NCBI GenBank assembly: GCA_035289605.1
Contig: DATDWR010000007.1
Span: 1-63,610, forward strand
Length of the DNA: 63,610 bases
Reading direction: 5' to 3'
From: Candidatus Nanoarchaeia archaeon
Lineage (GTDB): Archaea; Nanobdellota; Nanobdellia; SCGC-AAA011-G17; GW2011-AR18
This document shows, piece after piece, positions 56,116 to 63,610 of this stretch (position 1 is the first letter of the stretch; each line of letters begins with the position of its first letter). The notes below the pieces were generated by a model. That model searched no databases. It was not told the origin of the DNA and saw only the letters and a list, made by a program, of their open reading frames with translations. Position numbers and translations under genes: made by a program.

Positions 56116-58956
56116 ATGGTGAGCCTAGAAGAGATACATAAAAGATTCAGACTAGTTTCTAACGAAGTAGGCAAAGTAATAGTCGGACAAGACGAAGTAG
56201 TAGAACAAATACAAGCAGCATTACTATGCAACGGACATGCAGTTCTAGAGGGATATCCAGGACTGGCTAAAACACTTCTTGTAAAAACAATTGCAAACAT
56301 AATAGACCTAAGATTCAGCAGAATTCAATGCACACCAGATTTATTGCCAAGCGATGTCACAGGAACTTACATAATTGATGAAAGCAAAGGAAAAAAAGAA
56401 TTTAAATTTCAGCCGGGTCCAGTATTTGCTAATATTGTTTTAGCTGACGAAGTTAACCGTGCGACTCCAAAAAGTCACAGCGCAATTCTGGAAGCAATGC
56501 AGGAAAGACAAGTGACAGTAGGAAATTCTACCTATAAATTAGAAGAACCATTCTTTGTTTTAGCGACGATGAACCCTATTGAGCAAGAAGGAAGTCTCAC
56601 TTTAGATCAAGATGTATTTATTGACGGACAATTAAAAAAAGGCAACGAATTATTAGATTATGCAGTTAAAAGCAATGTACAACCAATTAAACAAGGGAAT
56701 TTTAGTTTTTATAAATTACCAAACTCATATACTTATTCTTTAAACGAGAATGGCAAATTAGAAAAAACAGATTGTCATCTTTATACTATTCCCTACAATG
56801 ATGAGATAATAAAATTGAAAACTAGAACTGGAAGGGAAGTTAAAGTGTCTAAGAACCATCCCTTTTTAGTTAATGATCATGGAGAAATTAAATGGAAGAA
56901 AGCAGAACAACTAGTTGAAGGAGATTATCTAGTTTCTATATCTAAGCTAATTGATGAAAAAACAACAGTGGAATTAATGTCACATTTACAAGTATTATGT
57001 GAGCTAAGCAAGGAGTACAGAGTTTTTTACTACGAGGACTATCTTAAACTAAAGGAAATTACAAATAATTTTATAGATTTTAAAAATCTTAATGGGAAAG
57101 ACTTTGATAACTTAAGAATAGTAAACAAGCTGGAAATAAAAGAAATAGCTAAAGAATTAGAATTTGATAAAAAGGAATACTGGCAATTAATTAGATTCTT
57201 AAGAAGACCAACCGAAAATAGATTTGTGCATGAAAAGTTATCAAAATACTTTATTAATAAGAGACTTATTTTAAATGAACCAATTGATTTTATAGACTCA
57301 CTTAGGCCAATATCAATAAAAAGATTTAATGCTGATAGAGATATAGCTTTTTTCCTGGCTTTCATCTTAAGCGATGGAGGAAGCATTGGTGCTATTTATG
57401 CAGCACAAAAAAATTATCCTAAAGCATTTGATAGATTTGTAGAAATACTTAATAATAAAATTGGTGTAGGAACGAGTTATTTAGCTGAAGATATTACAGG
57501 ATGTAAGCATGTTAGCAAAAGCTCAAGACCATTTGTTAAATATTTATGTTTGAGATTCGGTTTGAAAGAAAAAAATCATAAAACTGCTGGAATTCCTTCA
57601 TGGATTGTTGAGTTACCAAGCGAATTAAGAAGGGAGTTCTTAAAAACTTTTATTTGTTTGGAGGGGTGCATTAGAGATAATAGAGTGAGATTTTCTCAAG
57701 CAAACAAAGATAATATAAATATATTGTCCTATATGTTGTTGAAAGAAGGAATAATCTCTTGGTTCTCAGAGAAAATGAGAAATGGTGGTAAAGATTACGT
57801 GGTAAAAATACAAGGAGAGGACTTCTTAAATTATTTACTAAAAATAGGTTGGTTGGATGACGAGACTAGAACTTATTGGCTAGAACAAGCAAAAGACGGA
57901 AAATACTCTCCATTTAGAGTTATACCTGCGCCAAGAGAATTAGTCTTAAAATTAGTTGATTTATTGGGAATAAACTCATTCCATACCTACAAAAATAGAA
58001 AAAATTTTGTTTCTAGAGATTGGTATTGTGGTTATAAGGCAATAAAACAGGGAAGGGAAAATATCACTCTAGATATGTTTAGATTAATGTTAGACGGACT
58101 AGAAAAGGAGATTGAACTTAGAAAAAATATTCAATCAAACCTAATGGATCAAAAAGATGTCAGAAATACTGCAGTGTCATGCGGTTTATCTATTGAAGAA
58201 ATAAGTCATATAATAGGAATTAGCCATAGCGCTGTTTGGAATTATTATGAAACAGGAAATAGCAGAAGCTCACAACAAATAATAAATTGTGTTAAAAATG
58301 AATTCACTACTAGGATTACTGAAGCCAAATCCATACTGAATTATTTAAAGAAACTAGTACAAGAAGAAGTAGTATATGACATGGTAGAAAATCTGAGCTA
58401 TGAACATTATGAAGGTCTAATTTTTGGATTGACAGTCCCAGGATTACAAAACTATATCGGAGGTTATGGTGCAAATGGAATTCATCATAATACATTCGTG
58501 CTCAGCGAAGCACAAGTAGACAGATTCTTATTCAAAATAAAAGTAGGATATCCAAAACTAGAAGAAGAACTTGAGATAGTGTCAAGATACAGCGAAGTTA
58601 ACCCTGATGAAATAAAACTAAGAAAAATATTCGACAAGAATGACCTAATACAATTACAAGGAATAGTAAAGCAAATACCCTTAGCTAATGATATAAAAAA
58701 ATATGCAGTAGACATAGTAAATTCAACAAGAAACAAAAAAGAATTAATAGAATACGGCGCAAGCCCAAGAGCAAGCATAGCACTAATAATGGCTGCAAAG
58801 GCAAGAGCATTAATGAACGGAAGAAAATATGTAAGCAAGGAAGACGTAAACGCAATGGCCTTGCCAGTATTAAGGCACAGAATAATATTAAGCTTTGAAG
58901 CAGAAAGGCAGAACATGAATGAAGACGATGTGATAAAAGCTTTAATGAAGAAATAA
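56116..58956 (+). CDS. moxR: MoxR AAA+ ATPase interrupted by an intein
   Basis: GYPGLAKT, RIQCTPDLLPSD, LADEVNRA, ATMNPIEQEG|intein|TFVLSEAQVDRF, GASPRA, VLRHRI; spliced length 313 aa. Confidence 0.93.
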   Translation: MVSLEEIHKRFRLVSNEVGKVIVGQDEVVEQIQAALLCNGHAVLEGYPGLAKTLLVKTIANIIDLRFSRIQCTPDLLPSDVTGTYIIDESKGKKEFKFQPGPVFANIVLADEVNRATPKSHSAILEAMQERQVTVGNSTYKLEEPFFVLATMNPIEQEGSLTLDQDVFIDGQLKKGNELLDYAVKSNVQPIKQGNFSFYKLPNSYTYSLNENGKLEKTDCHLYTIPYNDEIIKLKTRTGREVKVSKNHPFLVNDHGEIKWKKAEQLVEGDYLVSISKLIDEKTTVELMSHLQVLCELSKEYRVFYYEDYLKLKEITNNFIDFKNLNGKDFDNLRIVNKLEIKEIAKELEFDKKEYWQLIRFLRRPTENRFVHEKLSKYFINKRLILNEPIDFIDSLRPISIKRFNADRDIAFFLAFILSDGGSIGAIYAAQKNYPKAFDRFVEILNNKIGVGTSYLAEDITGCKHVSKSSRPFVKYLCLRFGLKEKNHKTAGIPSWIVELPSELRREFLKTFICLEGCIRDNRVRFSQANKDNINILSYMLLKEGIISWFSEKMRNGGKDYVVKIQGEDFLNYLLKIGWLDDETRTYWLEQAKDGKYSPFRVIPAPRELVLKLVDLLGINSFHTYKNRKNFVSRDWYCGYKAIKQGRENITLDMFRLMLDGLEKEIELRKNIQSNLMDQKDVRNTAVSCGLSIEEISHIIGISHSAVWNYYETGNSRSSQQIINCVKNEFTTRITEAKSILNYLKKLVQEEVVYDMVENLSYEHYEGLIFGLTVPGLQNYIGGYGANGIHHNTFVLSEAQVDRFLFKIKVGYPKLEEELEIVSRYSEVNPDEIKLRKIFDKNDLIQLQGIVKQIPLANDIKKYAVDIVNSTRNKKELIEYGASPRASIALIMAAKARALMNGRKYVSKEDVNAMALPVLRHRIILSFEAERQNMNEDDVIKALMKK
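56593..58491 (+). mobile_element. 633-aa intein with LAGLIDADG homing endonuclease
   Basis: Starts with Ser (SLTLD); block B VSKNHPF; LAFILSDG and LKTFICLEG endonuclease motifs; ends HHN before +1 Thr. Confidence 0.9.
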
Positions 58957-58959
58957 AAA

Positions 58960-59292
58960 ATGCAAAGATATGTTTTGTATACATTACGTACAAATCCTGA
59001 TAGAGGCTTACTCTTAGAAGAAAAAGTTTACAGGAACACTATTAGGATACTTGAAGCAGTAAGAAATGGCGAAGAGGCACTTAGAGAAGAGTTAGAAAGC
59101 CAAGATCTAAGAATTGGAAGTGTAGAATCAATAATGGAACTAGCAAGAGTTCATTCTGAAACTAAAAGAGCACAGATACTAGGAGACTACATTATGGTGA
59201 GGATGGCTATGCACAGAAATCCTGAAAATGGAATAAAAAACAGCCTCCTGAGAAGAACTTTTGAGGAATTATCAGCCATGGTATACGAATGA
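58960..59292 (+). CDS. hypothetical protein
   Basis: 110-aa ORF between moxR and the DUF58 gene; ATGA overlap. Confidence 0.55.
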   Translation: MQRYVLYTLRTNPDRGLLLEEKVYRNTIRILEAVRNGEEALREELESQDLRIGSVESIMELARVHSETKRAQILGDYIMVRMAMHRNPENGIKNSLLRRTFEELSAMVYE

Positions 59293-60137
59293 TAAAAATA
59301 GACTTTCTAAGGCAACTAGACAAGTTCAATCTAGTAATAAAGAAAAAAGTAACATCAAGCTTTACAGGAGAGAGGAGGTCACAAAATACAGGAACAGGGT
59401 TGATATTCAGCGATTACGCAAACTATAATCTGGGAGACGACTTCAAGCACATAGACTGGAAGGCTTATGCAAGAACAGAAAAATTCTATGTTAAAAGATA
59501 TGAAGAAGACAGAAACTTGACAGTGCACATAATTGTGGACTTTTCAGGAAGCATGGACTTCGGAAACAAAATAAAAAAATACGAGTATGCATCAATGATA
59601 GCTTTAGGCTTTGCTTACATAGCAATGAAAAACAATGAGAAATTTGTGCTAAGCACATTTGATGACAAGCTGGATTTTTTCAGGCCCAGAAAAGGAGGAG
59701 CACAACTAGCAAAAATTCTGGCTTACCTGAATGATAAAAAAGCATTCGGATCGAGCAAATTTGAAGAAGCACTAGTAAAATACAAGACATTAATAAACTC
59801 AAGAGCACTGATCATAATAATATCTGACTTCTTCTATGATACAGAACAAATAAAAGACATACTGCACAGGTACAAGAAAAACAAAATTAAACTTGTCCAA
59901 GTCCTTGATATTATTGAAAGAAAAATGAATATAGAAGGAGAATATGACTTAGTAGACCTTGAATCTGACGAAAGGCTGAAAACATTCCTTGATCCTTATT
60001 TAAGACAGAAATATTTCCAAAGAATGGAAGAACATAAAGCAAAAGTAAAAAAACTATGTGATGAAGTCGGAGCTGATTTTTACTCTGTTGGAAGCAATGA
60101 AGAGATTTTTGACGTTTTTTATAGGATAATAAGCTAG
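59289..60137 (+). CDS. DUF58 family vWA-like protein
   Basis: G..FSDY..Y..GDD...IDWKAYAR; VDFSGSM; IISDF. Confidence 0.92.
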   Translation: MIKIDFLRQLDKFNLVIKKKVTSSFTGERRSQNTGTGLIFSDYANYNLGDDFKHIDWKAYARTEKFYVKRYEEDRNLTVHIIVDFSGSMDFGNKIKKYEYASMIALGFAYIAMKNNEKFVLSTFDDKLDFFRPRKGGAQLAKILAYLNDKKAFGSSKFEEALVKYKTLINSRALIIIISDFFYDTEQIKDILHRYKKNKIKLVQVLDIIERKMNIEGEYDLVDLESDERLKTFLDPYLRQKYFQRMEEHKAKVKKLCDEVGADFYSVGSNEEIFDVFYRIIS

Positions 60138-60160
60138 AAATCACTTAGAAACAAAAAAAC

Positions 60161-60487
60161 ATGGTGATTATAAAAATGAGAAGACATTTTTGGCCGATAA
60201 TATTATTATCAGCTATATTAATTATAACAACACTTATTATACAGTTTTCTGAAGAGATTTCAGGCTTTTCTGTAACAGAAGTGTTAAAAAAAACACAAAA
60301 GACAACTACAGATATGTCATCTTCTTTAGTAACAACGCAGTATACCCTAGCAATCGGACAAAGCCTTAACATAAAAGGAATAGATAAACCATAGTTAATG
60401 AAACAGATATCTTCAAATAAAGTTATCATTCAGTTTGATAATAAATTATATAATGTGAACATTGGAGGAGTAACTATTATCCTATGA
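60161..60487 (+). pseudogene. membrane-anchored ORF with in-frame TAG at 60392-60394, probably truncated
   Basis: TM plus ISGFSV; the frame continues after TAG as LMKQISSNKVIIQFDNKLYNVNIGGVTIIL to TGA60487. Confidence 0.35.
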
Positions 60488-61955
60488 TATAAACTTTATT
60501 TAAATCTAAGCTTTTAGCATACCCTAATTTTTCCCTGCTTTCAGCATAAATAGTAAACAAAGGAGAATTTTTTTTAACTTTATCATTAACTTTTTCATGC
60601 AAGTAAACACCAGCACATTTATCAAAAGGAGCTCCTGCAATTTTTGCAATACGACAAACAAGATTGTTGCTTATGTAAGAAACATTTCCAGACTTTTTAG
60701 ATTTGAAAATAAAAGAATATTTTCCTAACTCGATATCCTTTGATTTAACGTTCGGATTTCCTCCCTGGGCTTTAATAATTTCCTTCATTTTCCTTAATGC
60801 AGTTCCAGAATCAATTATTTCAAGAACCTTTTTGTAGCTATCTTTCACACCGACCATATCAAGCATTAGAGCTGCCATATACAAAGATTTATCACGAAGA
60901 TCCCTAGGACCATTTCCTTCCAAAGCTGAAAGCACATCTCTAGCTTCTAAAGCAGGACCAATCCCATTACCTACAGGCTGAGAGCCGTCTGTAATAATTA
61001 CCTTCACTTTCATTCCAAAATTCTTCCCAAACGATATAAATTTTCTAGCAAGATTTTTAGCAACTTCTTTGTCTTTAATCTTGGTTTCAGGACCAATAGG
61101 AATATCAATTAGGATATGGGTTGAATTAGCAGCAGACTTCTTAGCCAGAATAGAAGCAAGCATTATTCCTTCAGGATCCAAGCTCAAGGGACGCTCCAAA
61201 CGTATAAGCTTATCGTCTGCTGATGCTAAATCAATAGTACCCCCCCAAACCATACAAGCATTAGTCTTCTTTACTATTCTCATTATTTCCTTTTTAGAGT
61301 GGGCAACAGGAGCAAGAACTTCCATGGTGTCAGATGTTCCAGCAGGAGAAGTGATAGATCTAGTAGAGGTCTTCGGCATCAAAAAACCTGCAGCTGCAAT
61401 TATAGGAGTAATTATCATAGTTGTCCTATTCGCTCCCAAACCTCCGAGGCAGTGCTTATCTAGAACATACTTTGCATCAAACTTGAGCTTGCCTCCATTA
61501 TTTGAAACAGCCTTGGTTAAGTAAGCAGTCTCGCTCATAGACAAACCATTAACATAGCAGGCTGAAATAAAATAAGTGGTCTCGACCTCTGTAAGCCTGT
61601 TATCTATAATGTCCTTTATTATTATATTAACTTCAGATTCAGTGAGCTCATGCTTATCAAGTTTTTTTTTAATCAAGTTGAGAGATGCAGGTTTTGGAAC
61701 AAGTTTTACATTCACAAAATCACCATCCTTAATGTGAATGGCCTCTGCAACATCCAAGAATATTCCAATCTCTTTTTTAGAAATTGAAGACTCCCCTAAA
61801 GCGAAATCAACAGCAACAACTAATTTTTTTAAGCCTTTCTTTATTAATATTCTATCCAAAACCTCTACGTTTAGAAGTTCGGCAGTGAACTCATTTAATA
61901 TAGCAACAAAAGGCCCCTTAGTTGCAATGCGTAAAACTTTTGCCTTAAGCTTCAT
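60477..61955 (-). CDS. AMP phosphorylase (archaeal thymidine-phosphorylase family)
   Basis: N-terminal double-psi barrel; DKHCLGG, PKTSTRSITSPAGTSD, ASILAKK, GIGPALEA. Confidence 0.92.
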   Translation of the reverse strand: MKLKAKVLRIATKGPFVAILNEFTAELLNVEVLDRILIKKGLKKLVVAVDFALGESSISKKEIGIFLDVAEAIHIKDGDFVNVKLVPKPASLNLIKKKLDKHELTESEVNIIIKDIIDNRLTEVETTYFISACYVNGLSMSETAYLTKAVSNNGGKLKFDAKYVLDKHCLGGLGANRTTMIITPIIAAAGFLMPKTSTRSITSPAGTSDTMEVLAPVAHSKKEIMRIVKKTNACMVWGGTIDLASADDKLIRLERPLSLDPEGIMLASILAKKSAANSTHILIDIPIGPETKIKDKEVAKNLARKFISFGKNFGMKVKVIITDGSQPVGNGIGPALEARDVLSALEGNGPRDLRDKSLYMAALMLDMVGVKDSYKKVLEIIDSGTALRKMKEIIKAQGGNPNVKSKDIELGKYSFIFKSKKSGNVSYISNNLVCRIAKIAGAPFDKCAGVYLHEKVNDKVKKNSPLFTIYAESREKLGYAKSLDLNKVYIIG

Positions 61956-62931
61956 GTTCCAACTCTGGATAATACTCCTTAATAATTAGGATCATAGTTG
62001 AGAGAATAAGCGGGCCAGCAACAAAACCTATAATTCCAAGAAGCTTCACACCACCAAGAATGCCAATAAGAACTATCAAGGGATTAAGCTTGGTTCTATC
62101 ACCAATCAGCTTAGCCCTCAAAATATTTTCTGTCAATGAAAGAATCACACCAAGAACTACTAAACCAATAACAGCAAAAATATTTCCCCTCATGAAATGA
62201 ATGAAAGCCAAGGGAACCCATACTATTGCAGGACCCAAAAGCGGAACCAAAACAAGAAGGCCCATAACTAATGATAACATTAAAATCGGCTTTACTCCCA
62301 ATATGCTCAGGCCTAATACTGAAATCAAAAATATTACTATAGCTGTAAAAAACAACCCATATACAATTGCGAAGGTTGTGTTACCAAGGTGGTTCATCAG
62401 CTCATCTTTCTTAGAAACAGGAATAAGATTTTTAATATTCTTTATGAAAGCATCTCCTGAAAGGAACAAAGTAAATGTAGCAAAGATAATAATCAACAAA
62501 TCGAGAATCTTAGACGGTATGCTCCTAAGAAAATCCCTAGCATAGGATTCTACAACTGAGATAAAACTTTCATAATTCCTGCTTAAAAACAGGTTTATAG
62601 ATTCAGCGTCTGTAAAAGACGACAGGAATTGGGTGAACTCACTGACAATGCCGGATTTATACAAGTTTATACTTTCCCTTACAAGGTTGCTTGCAATCAA
62701 TGTCAGAGGAACAAGAATCAAAAGCAGCATAATTATCAAAGTAATTGCTGCGTTGAATGCTTTATTAGGAATAATTTTATTCAGTTTTTTGTATACTGGA
62801 TAAAATAAATAAGCAAGAATAAAACTAGCAATCAAAGCAGGAATGAACGGCTTTACAATTAGATAAGCTATGTAAATAAACAGAATAAGGCTTGCAAAAA
62901 TAAAATATTTCTTCACTTCCTTTTTTATCAT
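61945..62931 (-). CDS. AI-2E family transporter
   Basis: LAYLFYPVY, PLLGPAIVWVP, ENILR, GILGG...G.IGFVAGPLI. Confidence 0.88.
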   Translation of the reverse strand: MIKKEVKKYFIFASLILFIYIAYLIVKPFIPALIASFILAYLFYPVYKKLNKIIPNKAFNAAITLIIMLLLILVPLTLIASNLVRESINLYKSGIVSEFTQFLSSFTDAESINLFLSRNYESFISVVESYARDFLRSIPSKILDLLIIIFATFTLFLSGDAFIKNIKNLIPVSKKDELMNHLGNTTFAIVYGLFFTAIVIFLISVLGLSILGVKPILMLSLVMGLLVLVPLLGPAIVWVPLAFIHFMRGNIFAVIGLVVLGVILSLTENILRAKLIGDRTKLNPLIVLIGILGGVKLLGIIGFVAGPLILSTMILIIKEYYPELEHEA

Positions 62932-63006
62932 AAATCTTATTTGTTTAACATAATTTATAAAGGTTTTTGTCTATACAGTAGATCGCAAAGTAACTAGATA
63001 ATATAA

Positions 63007-63610
63007 TTATCCAAATCCTAGTGTAGACTCTAATTGACCTACAACTTCCTCTGTGGAGTATCTATCTGGATATACAACTGATATCCGGTCTTTGTTTTTT
63101 TCAGATATTTCTTCATATCCAGAATATATCTTTGCTAAGAATGAAAGTTCTGATTCATTATAATTTCTCCTGTCTCTTCTTTGTGTCCTTTCTAATGCTT
63201 TATCAAAATCAGGAATAAAACAAACAGTTCTTTCAGGGATTACTGCTAATTCTTTACGAATATTAACCAAATGTTCATAGTAATCATACATAGCTCTTTC
63301 CCCATATTTCTCTTGAAGTAAGATCGCCGCATATAAACAATTTGTATCAACACTTCTATCCTCAATTACCATATGACCTTTCCTTAATAAAGGTAATATA
63401 GATTTATCAAATTCAAATAACTTCATAGAAAAAAAGAACAAAGCTTCAGACACGGGGTATCCGTGTCTAAAAAAATTCATCACTTTCATGACTAAGAACT
63501 TCTATGATTTTAGCACCAAATCCTTCATTAGAAAACTCAGTTATAGGATAAAATTTATTAGCATGTCTCCTGTTAAGCTCATTAAGGTAGTAAGTCTTTC
63601 CAGAACCTTC
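63007..63610 (-). CDS. tmk: thymidylate kinase-like protein; 5' end outside the window, split by a frameshift at 63469-63475
   Basis: P-loop EGSGKT in the frame from 63610 ends at TTT TTT TAG; IEDRS..T...Y, PE and Y..Y motifs lie in the +1 frame. Confidence 0.7.

Noticed and set aside
2586-62545. Numerous 60-205 aa antisense and alternative-frame ORFs in the track
   Set aside because: They lie within well-supported genes and are mostly Phe/Leu/Ser-rich mirror translations of A-rich coding strands, with no motifs.
63478-63489. MKVMN as the start of a 160-aa protein
   Set aside because: The kinase P-loop lies upstream in another frame; this start is a by-product of the frameshift.
1-63610. 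CRISPR array, rRNA, IS/transposase, integrase or provirus
   Set aside because: No regularly spaced repeats, no long structured GC-rich RNA region, and no recognisable transposase, recombinase or capsid ORF; no island follows the tRNA 3' end.

Overview
Gene-dense, AT-rich archaeal chromosome segment, most consistent with a DPANN lineage such as Woesearchaeota. The assignment is inferred from archaeal aRF1, PCNA, Rpo11, TFS, MBF1, Sec11 and AMP phosphorylase, many KRGQ/KAQ class III signal-peptide proteins, and TTTAAATA boxes about 30 nt before start codons. From 5' to 3' the window holds: the end of a glycan-modification cluster (flippase-like protein, two radical SAM enzymes, Gfo/Idh/MocA); valS; an aRF1 whose GGQ motif reads GGFSQ; a UPF0175/PIN toxin-antitoxin pair; scpB plus two AglB-like GT-C proteins and a processive GT2; a modular family of LamG/Cys-rich surface proteins; core information genes interleaved with tiny membrane-gene pairs; two tandem cassettes of a KRGQ pilin-like gene plus a giant Cys-rich protein with a variable hydrophobic core; four more pilin-like genes; an S-layer gene; Trm112; a tRNA-Ser(UGA) with two introns; a BatA/vWA-MoxR(intein)-DUF58 operon; AMP phosphorylase; an AI-2E transporter; and a frameshifted dTMP kinase at the edge. 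No CRISPR array, rRNA, transposase or integrase was seen. All family calls come from motif recognition, not database searches.
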